Source: Candidatus Harrisonbacteria bacterium
GTDB lineage: Bacteria > Patescibacteriota > Minisyncoccia > UBA6257 > UBA11618
Length of the DNA stretch: 64,000 nt
NCBI GenBank assembly: GCA_016867415.1
Contig: VGJO01000001.1
Span: 148,312-212,311 of the forward strand
Reading direction: 5' to 3'
A program made the position numbers and the translations under genes. The notes under the pieces are model-generated. The model was given only the letters and a program-made list of their open reading frames with translations, did no database searches and had not been told where the DNA came from. Below, piece by piece: positions 46,804 through 56,017 of this stretch; positions within the stretch are counted from its first letter, which is position 1, and each line of letters opens with the position of its first letter.

Positions 46804-46875
46804 AATAAAGCATACTTCGTAATCAAAGTATGTGAAGACCCCGATAAGAATTAAGTATTCTTTATTCTTTTTATG
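46801..46875 (+). repeat. partial family-1 core (gcatac-ttcgtaatcaaa-gtatgtgaagac) flanked by short inverted repeat gaataaag/ctttattc
   Basis: read directly, overlaps yqeY stop. Confidence 0.45.
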
Positions 46876-46881
46876 GGGTAG

Positions 46882-46916
46882 AAAAAAAACCTCGCGTTCC
46901 CGCGAGGTTTTTTTCC
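46882..46916. terminator. bidirectional intrinsic terminator aaaaaaaacctcgcg-ttcc-cgcgaggtttttttcc
   Basis: 7-bp GC stem, A8 and T7 tracts. Confidence 0.8.
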
Positions 46917-46928
46917 TTGAAACTATCA

Positions 46929-47639
46929 CTAAAGCAGATCCAGTTGTTCGTGAAGCCACCAGATAGACCGAACGATATTGCTTTGCACGAGCTTCGGATT
47001 CTGGTGCTGAAAGTATTGGGTTCTATAGAATGGTCGCAATTTTTGCATTCGTTCCAGAAACTCAATTCTTTTTCTCAAGTAATCTCCTTCACTTGCGAAA
47101 ACTCCGCGCCACTCGGCTCGAATCCCTCGTTCATACTGGTCAAACTCCTCCTCTGGTGCATTAAAGACCGCAAGGTCAATATCAAGCATCACCTTCCCAT
47201 TCTCATCACTTGGATCAAATATTTGAAAGTAATCTTTAGTGAGAAGAATAAGCCTCTTCACTTCTGCAATGAAAATATCCTTGTCAGGAGTGATGATATT
47301 CCCCTCTCGTTTTTCGGCTAGCCTTGCTTGGAGATACCGCTCCGCCATATCCGCGCTCCGCTCCTCGTTATCCTTGGCGTCAGGCACATAGACTGCATCA
47401 TGAAAAAGAAGTGCAAAACTTACTGGGCGCCATTCCTCTGCCCACCCTTTGTTTCCTTGGCAGGCAGACCGATAATCTCGATCGTGCCTAAGGCAGGATA
47501 TGATATGGGTGGTGTCATGGTAGAGTCGATGAGGCTGATTGTACAAGCGTTCGAGCGCTTTCATCTCTGCTTGATTGCAGAAGAAAGCCTCTCCATGAAT
47601 TCGCGTTGCTATTTCTATGAATTGTGTTTCCCGATCCAT
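46929..47639 (-). CDS. HD-superfamily phosphohydrolase-like protein (COG4339-like), Shine-Dalgarno GAGGAG present
   Basis: 'LYHDTTHIISCL', 'LLFHDAVYVPDAKDNEERSA' pattern; cacGAGGAGcttggaaATG. Confidence 0.5.
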   Translation of the reverse strand: MDRETQFIEIATRIHGEAFFCNQAEMKALERLYNQPHRLYHDTTHIISCLRHDRDYRSACQGNKGWAEEWRPVSFALLFHDAVYVPDAKDNEERSADMAERYLQARLAEKREGNIITPDKDIFIAEVKRLILLTKDYFQIFDPSDENGKVMLDIDLAVFNAPEEEFDQYERGIRAEWRGVFASEGDYLRKRIEFLERMQKLRPFYRTQYFQHQNPKLVQSNIVRSIWWLHEQLDLL

Positions 47640-47798
47640 TTCCAAGCTCCTCGTGAAAAATTGTGTGTTTTCAAATAACTCGGCACTATAATACCACTTT
47701 TTAATAATAAAAGCAAAATAATATTGATTTATATCCGGAATTATAGTTTATTCTTAATTAAGAATTTCTCGTCCCTTAATAATGCAAAAGGAGTCGTC

Positions 47799-48452
47799 AT
47801 GACAAAAGTTATAGTGATTGGGCTCCTTATGTTCTTTCTCACAAAAGCGGCCCTTGCTGTTTTTCCCCGTTGTGCAGAGCAATGGATTGCCCTTGGTAAA
47901 AAGCGGCGTGCTTTACAACGAAATCTTTCCCTCCTCTTTTGTCATCTTTTGGATGGTGACAAGGTAGGAAAAGGAAAAGTGATAGGCCGTCGCATTCGTC
48001 TTGTAGGAAGTCAGGAGCTTCCCATTGAAATTCAGCCCTGGGTCATGCAGGAATTAAATTTCTTCGGCCGAGCTCAGAAAGTTGAATATAATCCTACTGA
48101 TTTTTCCCACTCATTCGATCTTCTAGCTCAAGGCGGTGAAGTCGAGTTAAGGATAATCCGGACCTGTATATCTGGATATGATGCCGCCCTTGAAATTCTC
48201 TGGCTCACCTTTCCTCAAAATGCTTCTTTTGTCGAAGAAGTCGCTCCCTCTCTTTTCCCACTTCTCTTTGGTTTCACTGAATTTGAAAATATTCCCTTCA
48301 CTGGCGCTTATTTCCGGGAAAGATTTGGCGAAGTAAATCTCTTAGCTATAAATTACTTCAAGCCAAAAGATACTCTCCAAATCTGCATTAGCGCCTACTC
48401 TCACATCCAGATGAAGAGATTAATGGAAAAAGAGCAAGATAAAGGAAAGTAA
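47799..48452 (+). CDS. hypothetical secreted/membrane-anchored protein with AAGGAG Shine-Dalgarno
   Basis: aaAAGGAGtcgtcATG; N-terminal hydrophobic helix MTKVIVIGLLMFFLTKAALA; no known motif. Confidence 0.45.
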   Translation: MTKVIVIGLLMFFLTKAALAVFPRCAEQWIALGKKRRALQRNLSLLFCHLLDGDKVGKGKVIGRRIRLVGSQELPIEIQPWVMQELNFFGRAQKVEYNPTDFSHSFDLLAQGGEVELRIIRTCISGYDAALEILWLTFPQNASFVEEVAPSLFPLLFGFTEFENIPFTGAYFRERFGEVNLLAINYFKPKDTLQICISAYSHIQMKRLMEKEQDKGK

Positions 48453-48460
48453 TCTCTCCC

Positions 48461-48490
48461 AAAACCGACCGCTTCACGGCCGGTTTTTTA
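48461..48490 (+). terminator. intrinsic terminator aaaaccgaccg-cttca-cggccggtttttt
   Basis: stem with one bulge, T6 tract. Confidence 0.6.
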
Positions 48491-48536
48491 CTAAAAACCA
48501 TTGCCGTCCGCCAAAAAAAAATGTATTATCCCATCC

Positions 48537-48917
48537 ATGCGTTATTCCTTAGAAAGCGTCGATAAACCGCATCTGCAAGCCGAATATGACATCAAAGAAG
48601 CACTCGAAAAAGTAAGCTCCTTCCTTCCTCTTGAGGACGCCTTCTTTGAAATATATCTCGTTTCTGATGATTTTAATGTTCATTCCTACGAGCCCGCTCC
48701 CAATTTTCCCTACCCTAATCTCGAAGGTGGAGAGTATTTTCTGGGAGAAATCCATCTCAATCCGGAGAAGATTATGAAAAATGATGAGAGTCTCATCTTT
48801 ATGCTTATTCACGGCCTCCTCCATCTCCTCGGATACGACCATAAGAATGATGATGATAGAATAAAAATGGAAAAAAAAGAGGCCGAAATACTCAAGCTTC
48901 TCGGAGAATCTTTTTAA
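48537..48917 (+). CDS. ybeY: rRNA maturation RNase YbeY
   Basis: 'HGLLHLLGYDH' zinc-binding motif. Confidence 0.85.
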   Translation: MRYSLESVDKPHLQAEYDIKEALEKVSSFLPLEDAFFEIYLVSDDFNVHSYEPAPNFPYPNLEGGEYFLGEIHLNPEKIMKNDESLIFMLIHGLLHLLGYDHKNDDDRIKMEKKEAEILKLLGESF

Positions 48918-48927
48918 TTATTTTTTT

Positions 48928-50211
48928 ATGGCTTCTTCCCCTTATTATCTGGGTATAGATATAGGATCTTCCACGACTAAGGTGGCCGTAGGTATTTTTT
49001 CCACTGGCCGTTTTTCTTTAGTTAAACTGCTCAAATTTCCCACCCGTGGCGTGAAGCGCGGTCTCATTGATGATATTAAAGAAGCTACCTCTGGTCTCAA
49101 TCCGGTCCTGAGTGAATTAAAGACCACTTATCCTGGCTCGGAAAAAAATATTTTTTTAAGTATTGGGAGTGCCTATATTAATTCTCGCGTCTCCCAAGGC
49201 ATCGTCGCCGTCGCCCGTGCAGATTTTGAAATCGGTCATGATGATATCGATCGCGCTATTTCTTCTGCCTCTGCCATGCGCTTGCCGATCAATCGCACTT
49301 TGATTGGCAAAAGTCTTTTGGAGTATATCGTCGATGGTGTAGGTGAAATCCATAATCCTCTTGGCATGATTGGCAATCGTCTGGAATCCCGTATTCTTTT
49401 AATCGATGTTTTTACTCCCGTCATCAAAAATATTGAGAAAGCTCTTGAGTCCAATGGGGGAGTTATTCGTGGTCACTTTTATTCCGCCCCTGCCGCCGCT
49501 GAATCTGTCCTCACGGAAGAAAAAAAAGAAGAAGGATGTCTCCTCATCGATCTTGGCGCTCACACGACCTCTCTCTCTGTCTTCGAAGAAGGCCGTCTTC
49601 TTCATACTGCCATTCTTCCTTTTGGTTCTTACAATATTACCAATGACTTAGCTATAGGTTTGAAAACTAGCCTCGAGACTGCTGAGATGATTAAATATTC
49701 CTTTGGAGCCGCCTATGCTAAGGATGCCTCTCCCAAAGAAAATATTGATCTGAAACGCCTAGACATTCGTCTCTCCGGTAAAGCCTCTCGTCGCTTCATC
49801 GCTCAGATTATCGAAGCCCGGCTCATGGAGCTTCTCGAATCCATCGTGAATGAGCTCGAAAAGGCTGGCCGCGTCGGAAAACTCCCCGCCGGTGTCATCC
49901 TGGTCGGCGGCGGCGCCAAGCTCCCTGGTATTCTCGACCTCTTCCGCGAAGAGCTTGGTCTTGTCGCTGAGCTTGGTCTCCCGCGCTCTGATCTTTTCCT
50001 CACCTTAGAAGAAAAAGAAGAGGGAAGTGGTGATAAAGAGGTTACTCCTACTAATTCCCCTAGTTTTTACCCCCGTGCTGACGATCCCGAATTCGCCACC
50101 ACTCTTGGTCTTCTCGATCTCGGCCTCAAAGGCTTCCATCTCCATAAAAAATCCAGCGCTTCCCCCTTCAAAAATTTCCTCCTCTGGCTCGCCGACCACT
50201 TCCTCCCCTAA
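48928..50211 (+). CDS. ftsA: cell division protein FtsA
   Basis: actin-fold motifs 'LGIDIGSSTTKVAVG', 'LLIDLGAHTTSLSVF', 'GVILVGGGAKLPGI'. Confidence 0.9.
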   Translation: MASSPYYLGIDIGSSTTKVAVGIFSTGRFSLVKLLKFPTRGVKRGLIDDIKEATSGLNPVLSELKTTYPGSEKNIFLSIGSAYINSRVSQGIVAVARADFEIGHDDIDRAISSASAMRLPINRTLIGKSLLEYIVDGVGEIHNPLGMIGNRLESRILLIDVFTPVIKNIEKALESNGGVIRGHFYSAPAAAESVLTEEKKEEGCLLIDLGAHTTSLSVFEEGRLLHTAILPFGSYNITNDLAIGLKTSLETAEMIKYSFGAAYAKDASPKENIDLKRLDIRLSGKASRRFIAQIIEARLMELLESIVNELEKAGRVGKLPAGVILVGGGAKLPGILDLFREELGLVAELGLPRSDLFLTLEEKEEGSGDKEVTPTNSPSFYPRADDPEFATTLGLLDLGLKGFHLHKKSSASPFKNFLLWLADHFLP

Positions 50212-50417
50212 TTCCCTCAAGGAATTAGTCTTCCTAAAATTGATCTAGGATCCATAATTCAGCCTCCTTAAGGAAGTATTTAAAAATATTTTTCTTATTT
50301 CTTTATTTCTTTTAAATCTCCAAAAAACCTATTCCATATACTAAAAAACTGTCGTAAAAGCAATCTTTTATTTTACGACAATGTTTTTTAAAAATTTTTA
50401 TTATAAATAAGACATTA

Positions 50418-50630
50418 TGCAGCACAAGTGAAGTAATTTTGGATAAAGTTTGAAATTTATTTTTGAGAATGAGCCTCTACTACCAAAAGATAGTCATATT
50501 GAATGCAAAGTCTATAGAATCAGAAGTAAAGATCAGAAAGAGGAAAGATGAGCGCAAGGGAGTATATATAAAGAAGAGATTGTGAGTATGCAGTACAGAA
50601 AAAAATCCCAAAATCCAAAAAAATACGAGC
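50418..50630 (+). repeat. long (~213 nt) family-1 element copy (flank gcagcacaagtgaagtaattttgg; core ...gagtatatataaagaagagattgtgagtatgcagtacag; 3' ccaaaaaaatacgagc) located in the ftsA-ftsZ gap, not upstream of a + gene
   Basis: read directly. Confidence 0.55.
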
Positions 50631-50642
50631 ATTTAAAAAATA

Positions 50643-50672
50643 AAAAAACCCGGAATTAATAAAATTCCGGGC
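50643..50672 (-). terminator. minus-strand intrinsic terminator (cccggaatt-ttatta-aattccggg + TTTTTTT on minus)
   Basis: 9-bp stem; T-tract on minus strand; 33 nt past stop of 50705..53242. Confidence 0.75.
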
Positions 50673-50704
50673 CACCCATATTGGGTTAGTAATGAACTGA
50701 ATTT

Positions 50705-53242
50705 CTACGCCGCCGCAGTTTCAGTAAGATCGTCCTTCGCTTCCTCCCACCGTCCATAATGTTTCAGGACGAGAGTGAGAAAGTTAGACACCACCTGAAT
50801 TCGCGCCCGCCAGAGACTGCACTTCATGGCGTGTGCGAGCTTTGGCTTACCCAAATGCTCTTCGAGGAATCCATTAGCTTCAAGAAGCAGAGCGTCGAAT
50901 GATCCGATCTTAGTCTTCTTCTTAGACTTTACCAAATCATCTTTGCGGGCCTGTTCCTCAGTTTTTTCCTGAGTTTTTGCTGACTCATTCTCATGAGCCC
51001 GCTCTTCTTCTTGCTCCTGAATTTTGAGGAGCTGGGAAAAGACTTCTCGTTGCTCATCTTGCGTACCCATGGTCTCCGACATGTGACAGACAAGTGCCTG
51101 CCGCAGGCGGCCTTGCAGATGCGCTTCTTCCCGTTGACCTTTTTGGAAAAGACTCAAAAGGTAAGCGCCGGCCGTAATCTGACCCCCAGTCTCTTGCTCC
51201 TTTTGCTGGGCTTCAAACAGCATTTCTGCTGAATGAATCCCGCTCTGGAAGCGGGTAAGAAGATCAAAGAATCCTGGTGCCACCTTAAAGAGCATCTCCG
51301 TTTCTGGAGTAGCTTCTCCCGTCTTGCTTTCGAGAAGTCGGAAGAGATCTTCCCGATGTTTGCAAGCTTGTTTGAGAAGCTCATGAGTCTCAGCACGGAG
51401 AGTGGGATCATCGATGAGAAGTCCCTTCTGAGTTGCAAGTGCTTGTTTCATCGCTTGGTAAGGCATTCCCGAGTTGGTAAACCGCCTCTTGCAACCTTCT
51501 GCATCTCCGAAAAACCATGAAAGGAAGTATTTTCGCCGTTTAATATGTCCCGGCTCTTCCTTCTTATCTCCACTATTTGAATCCTCACCTCTTTCCGTCG
51601 ATTGACTTGGAGCAGTATCCACCTTGGTAGTCATTAGTCCTGCCGCCTGCATCCTCTTGATAAAAGAATGCATAGCGAGACTTCCTCGTAAGCGAGAGTG
51701 GGGCTTCACAAGCGTCTCTTCGAGTTTGGCTTCAAAATCAGCCAGCTTTCCGGGGAAAGCTTTCTCAAAGACACTCTTTGCCGCCTCTCTCACGCTTTGT
51801 TCTGGATGAAAAGCGGCAATGAGTCCCACCTCAATGAATGTTCGGCTCCGTCGCATGAGTTCCATGAGTCGGCGGCCGTTGCTCATCTTGATGGTCCAGG
51901 TCTTTTCGAGAAACCAGATGATCATCCGCTGAGCCACTCCCGTCTGCCGGCCTGATTGTTTTTTCACTAATCGGCCTTGGTCGTCGGTCGTGAGAGCAAG
52001 ACAAAAGAGCATTCGTTGTAGGGCCGCCTTTCCTCGGCCAAATCGTTCGAAGTTGACAAGCGTCGCGATGAGATTGATCCAGAAGCTCACGCCCAGATTC
52101 CACTGAGGGCAAAAATCTTTGAGAGATTTGAAAACGGTGGTTTTTGCCAATGCCGTTCCAAATTTATTCTCCGAACTATTTTCCTCGGCCTGCATCTGAG
52201 CAAAGAGCTCATTCTCTTCGACTCGAATCCCCATTACCTCTTTTTGGACATCATTGGACAAAAAGATCATTCCTTTTCTGAATGATTGAGCGCACGCTCT
52301 CTTGTCCACTCGATTGCCCTGGCCAATCCGGTCACGCATCAAGACTTTTCGCTCATAAGCGAGAACGTAGAGAGCGTGAGTGTCGGGGAGTTTCTCGGTG
52401 ATGTAGTATCGGGAAGAAAGCCCTGTCCCTTTCTCTTGCATTCCAAGAAATTGTCCCATCTCTTCTTGGAGCTTTTCTTGGACTATGAGCCCTTTTCCTG
52501 GTGGGAAAAGAGCGATCGTGACGCCGAGAGGCGCCAGCTTTTCAAAGAGAGTCGGCACCATATCCCTATAACTGGGACCGGAGTTGGGAGCCAGCACGAA
52601 GCTTCCCTTAGAAAATCGGATGACCGCCGCTGGAAACAAATGGAATTTGCTCCACTGGTCTTTTGCTACCTCTGGAGTCTCTGGCGCACTTACTGCCTCG
52701 CTTGGAAGATCTTCTTCTTGAGAAGATTTCTCCCTGCCCGGGATTGAGAGAGTCGCAGGCGTTCCTTCGCTTGTTGTTTCATCTTCTGTTTTGACTTCCT
52801 CCTCTTCATTTTTCTTAAACGCGCCCTTCTTGGGCACGAAGAGGTAGCGGATCCCTCCATCCTTGGCAGTCAAGAATCGCGGCATCTGTAGCGTCTCGCC
52901 ACCGCTCCCCAAAACTGGAAGAGAGACAAGCGAAAGCTCACTGTCAGCAAGCGCAGTCTCTTTCTTCTTTGGACTGAGTTTGTTACCGTTTGGCCTCACG
53001 AGTATCCCTTGATGAAGCAGTTCAAAGGCCTGTATGGAGTTGGGATTGAGAGTAATCTCGACTAATCGGTCGCCAGTCTCGGAGAGGCCGACGATATAGG
53101 CGAGGAGAGCGTTTTCTCCCGACATTGGAGCATAGCGCACCGCCATCGCCCATTGTGTCACTAAAGAGATAGAAACCGTTGAGATTATCTCTGCCCCATC
53201 TTCCGTTTCGTCGTTTGGGGAGATTTTTTTCTTTCGGACCAT
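50705..53242 (-). CDS. large hypothetical protein (845 aa), opposite strand, inserted between ftsA and ftsZ
   Basis: uninterrupted ORF, own terminator, AT-rich upstream region; no recognisable catalytic or NTP-binding motif; charged low-complexity patches. Confidence 0.55.
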   Translation of the reverse strand: MVRKKKISPNDETEDGAEIISTVSISLVTQWAMAVRYAPMSGENALLAYIVGLSETGDRLVEITLNPNSIQAFELLHQGILVRPNGNKLSPKKKETALADSELSLVSLPVLGSGGETLQMPRFLTAKDGGIRYLFVPKKGAFKKNEEEEVKTEDETTSEGTPATLSIPGREKSSQEEDLPSEAVSAPETPEVAKDQWSKFHLFPAAVIRFSKGSFVLAPNSGPSYRDMVPTLFEKLAPLGVTIALFPPGKGLIVQEKLQEEMGQFLGMQEKGTGLSSRYYITEKLPDTHALYVLAYERKVLMRDRIGQGNRVDKRACAQSFRKGMIFLSNDVQKEVMGIRVEENELFAQMQAEENSSENKFGTALAKTTVFKSLKDFCPQWNLGVSFWINLIATLVNFERFGRGKAALQRMLFCLALTTDDQGRLVKKQSGRQTGVAQRMIIWFLEKTWTIKMSNGRRLMELMRRSRTFIEVGLIAAFHPEQSVREAAKSVFEKAFPGKLADFEAKLEETLVKPHSRLRGSLAMHSFIKRMQAAGLMTTKVDTAPSQSTERGEDSNSGDKKEEPGHIKRRKYFLSWFFGDAEGCKRRFTNSGMPYQAMKQALATQKGLLIDDPTLRAETHELLKQACKHREDLFRLLESKTGEATPETEMLFKVAPGFFDLLTRFQSGIHSAEMLFEAQQKEQETGGQITAGAYLLSLFQKGQREEAHLQGRLRQALVCHMSETMGTQDEQREVFSQLLKIQEQEEERAHENESAKTQEKTEEQARKDDLVKSKKKTKIGSFDALLLEANGFLEEHLGKPKLAHAMKCSLWRARIQVVSNFLTLVLKHYGRWEEAKDDLTETAAA

Positions 53243-53594
53243 AATTCATCTCACTTTCTGCTTGAGAAATTTTTCAAAGGACGGGCCCATAATTTGCATT
53301 GGGCCCCCTCCAGCACATAGGAGTTCCGATATTATATATATTAATATAAATATGTCAATATTGACTTAAGATAAAATTTATTATTAAATTTATTAGAGTT
53401 CTTTAAAATTTATAAATCTTCTCCAAGATTTTTTCCTCAACCCCCTTTACCGCTTGAGAGATGGAGTAGTGTAAAAAAATCATGAATTCCTCTCAAGCCC
53501 CTTCTTCAAAGAGCAAGATGGATAAAATTGGCAAGCGTGGGCCATCCTTGCTCTTCATTTTTTTGGCTGTGTGGAGTTAATTCTCTTCATGATC

Positions 53595-53624
53595 TCTCCC
53601 TCCGTCTTCGGAGGGATTTTTTAT
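53595..53624 (+). terminator. hairpin ctccctccg-tctt-cggaggg + ATTTTTTAT upstream of ftsZ
   Basis: 7-bp stem, T6. Confidence 0.5.
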
Positions 53625-53650
53625 ATCCCTCTTAAATTACCTGCGTTAGG

Positions 53651-55720
53651 TTGCTTTTCCCACCTTCTTTTTCGTACAATACTCGAAAACAGCTTATGCC
53701 CCCAAAGAAGCAAAAAAAATCCTCTCTGGCAAAGCCTATTTCCAAGCCTTTGGCAAAAAAGAAAGGGAGTGTGAAAAGTCCGCTCGCTATTTTAAGCAAA
53801 TCAATCAGCAAGCCCAAAAAAGCCAAGGCCTTAGTAAAATCAAAAACTTCCTCCGTCAAAAAATCTCCTATTGTAAAGAATTCAATCTCTTCAAAAAAAA
53901 TAATCACTCCCAAAAAGAAAAAAAATTCTCTTAAAAAACCGCCCCACTCTCAAAAGAAGTTTAGTATTCAAAATATTCTTGAAGAGACACCCGTAAAAAA
54001 AATCGAAGATCCTAAAGAAATTGAAGGAGATGAGGAAGAGGAGCGCGACCGCACCCCCCTCATTCATTCCCGAGCTGCTCTTCGCAAGAAATCCACTTCC
54101 AATAATTCTCTCAAGTCCCGTCTTGATTCTCTTATTAATAATAAGAAGCCTATTAATCAAGAAAAATCCGCTTCCTCTGATCGCCGTTCTATCTCAAAGA
54201 CGACGCCTGCCACAGGCGTAGTCGTGAATTCTGCTCGCCCCTCTCTTCGTCCCCGGCCGCTAGTCTCTAATAAAGCCGTTATCAAAGTTGTGGGCGTTGG
54301 CGGCGGCGGCGGGAATGCTATCAGTCGCATGTATGATGATTTCCCTCGCAATATCGAGTTTGTTGCCATTAATACCGATGCTCAAGATCTCGATCACCGC
54401 AAGGCTGACAAGAAAGTCTATATTGGTAAAAATATTACCAAAGGCCTAGGTACTGGTATGAATCCCGAGCTTGGCCGCAAAGCCGCCGAAGAAAATCGCC
54501 ATGAGATAGCCGAGGTGTTGGCCGGCAGTAATCTTGTCTTTGTGACCGCAGGCTTAGGCGGTGGCACTGGCTCCGGCGCCTCGGCCATCGTCGCTGATAT
54601 TGCCAAAGAAGTCGGTGCTCTCGTAATCGCCGTCGTCACCAAGCCCTTCATTTTTGAAGGTGGTGAGCGGGCTCGGATTGCCGATCTTGCTCTCCAAAAA
54701 ATTAAGGAAAAAGTTGATACCTATATAGTAGTTAGTAACGATCGTATCTTTGATATCGTCGGCAAAGACACTTCTATTCATAAAGCTTTCGTCGAGATCG
54801 ACAAGATTCTTCGTGGTGCGGTACAGGGGATCGCCGAGCTTATCGCCATGCCCGGTATTATCAATGTTGACTTCGCTGACGTCCGTACCATTATGGAGCA
54901 CTCCGGTAGTGCTCTCGTCGGCATGGGCCTTGCCGATGGCCCCACCCGTGGCGAAAAAGCCGTCAAAAATGTCCTCAATTTTCCGCTCCTTGATGTCTCT
55001 ATGTTTGGGGCAAAAGGAGTTCTCTTTGGTGTCTCCGGCGGCCGTGATCTCAAAATGACCGAAATTCAGGAAATCGCCCGAGCCATCACGGAAAATATTG
55101 ATTCCTCAGCAAAAGTTATTTTTGGGGCCTATCAAGACCGCAAGCTCCCGCCTGGGACTATTAAAGTCACTTTGATTGCTACTGGTTTTGAAGAATATTC
55201 TGGTGGAAAAGATGTGAAGCATGTCGAATTTCGTGTTGGCTCTCATCTCGCTGTTACTGGCCGTGACAGTTCCGAGCCTCGCCTCGAGCCCAAAAATATT
55301 TTAGAAAATCCCATCGAAGATCGCGTTTCGGCCGCGAGTCTCTCTTCCGCCGATCGTAATTCTTCTTCTCGCCCCTTTTCCATTCCTGAAAAAGAATTAG
55401 CTGAAGAAGAAAAAAAAGAAGAATCTTTTTTTGACTCGCCGCCCCGCCCCCCTTCTTTTTCTCTAAAAGAAAAAGAGATTATTTCTTCTCGACCTACCCC
55501 AGAAAAAAGAGCGGAAGATTTTTTCAAAAACAATGTCCGCGCCCCCTTTGCCGCCCCACCCCGTTCTCTCGAGCTTTCCTCAAAAGAAGCAACTAAAAAT
55601 ACCCCTTCTTTTGGAGACGAAAATGAGCCTCAAGAAATCATTCCTGAAAAAGAAGACCAAAAAAATAAACTCTTTGACATCTGGGATATCCCTGCTTTCT
55701 TGCGCAAGAAAAAGAAATAG
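53651..55720 (+). CDS. ftsZ: cell division GTPase FtsZ with ~215 aa Lys-rich N-terminal extension and long C-terminal tail
   Basis: 'IKVVGVGGGGGNAISRM', 'NTDAQDL', 'AGLGGGTGSGASAIVADIAKE' tubulin signature, 'NVDFADV'; extension MPPKKQKKSSLAKPISKPLAKKKGSVKSP... Confidence 0.9.
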   Translation: MLFPPSFSYNTRKQLMPPKKQKKSSLAKPISKPLAKKKGSVKSPLAILSKSISKPKKAKALVKSKTSSVKKSPIVKNSISSKKIITPKKKKNSLKKPPHSQKKFSIQNILEETPVKKIEDPKEIEGDEEEERDRTPLIHSRAALRKKSTSNNSLKSRLDSLINNKKPINQEKSASSDRRSISKTTPATGVVVNSARPSLRPRPLVSNKAVIKVVGVGGGGGNAISRMYDDFPRNIEFVAINTDAQDLDHRKADKKVYIGKNITKGLGTGMNPELGRKAAEENRHEIAEVLAGSNLVFVTAGLGGGTGSGASAIVADIAKEVGALVIAVVTKPFIFEGGERARIADLALQKIKEKVDTYIVVSNDRIFDIVGKDTSIHKAFVEIDKILRGAVQGIAELIAMPGIINVDFADVRTIMEHSGSALVGMGLADGPTRGEKAVKNVLNFPLLDVSMFGAKGVLFGVSGGRDLKMTEIQEIARAITENIDSSAKVIFGAYQDRKLPPGTIKVTLIATGFEEYSGGKDVKHVEFRVGSHLAVTGRDSSEPRLEPKNILENPIEDRVSAASLSSADRNSSSRPFSIPEKELAEEEKKEESFFDSPPRPPSFSLKEKEIISSRPTPEKRAEDFFKNNVRAPFAAPPRSLELSSKEATKNTPSFGDENEPQEIIPEKEDQKNKLFDIWDIPAFLRKKKK

Positions 55721-55852
55721 ATTGTATATATATTGCGACCCCTCTTGAACGGGAGTATCTTTAAAAAATAAAAATATTTTTTCCCTAAATATTTTCCTAA
55801 AAGTGTTTAAAGGTTGTTTAATTTTTCTTTTTAAAATACAAAAATAAAAAAT

Positions 55853-55988
55853 GTCGCGCTACCACAGCGAAATAATTTTGGAGGGTATTTCGATTTTCTT
55901 TGCGAGCAGCGAACGGAGCATACAAGAACTTTAGTATGTGAGTACGCAGCGGATCAAAAAAATTAAAATACCCTCCAAAAGTACGAGC
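55853..55988 (+). repeat. family-1 element copy (flank gtcgcgctaccacagcgaaataattttgg; arms ggagggtatttcgattttcttt / aaaaaaattaaaataccctcc; core gagcagcgaacggagcatac-aagaacttta-gtatgtgagtacgcagcgg; 3' ccaaaagtacgagc)
   Basis: arms end in perfect 11-bp ggagggtattt/aaataccctcc. Confidence 0.7.
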
Positions 55989-56017
55989 TTGTAGATAGTT
56001 ACTAAAAAGTAGTAAAT

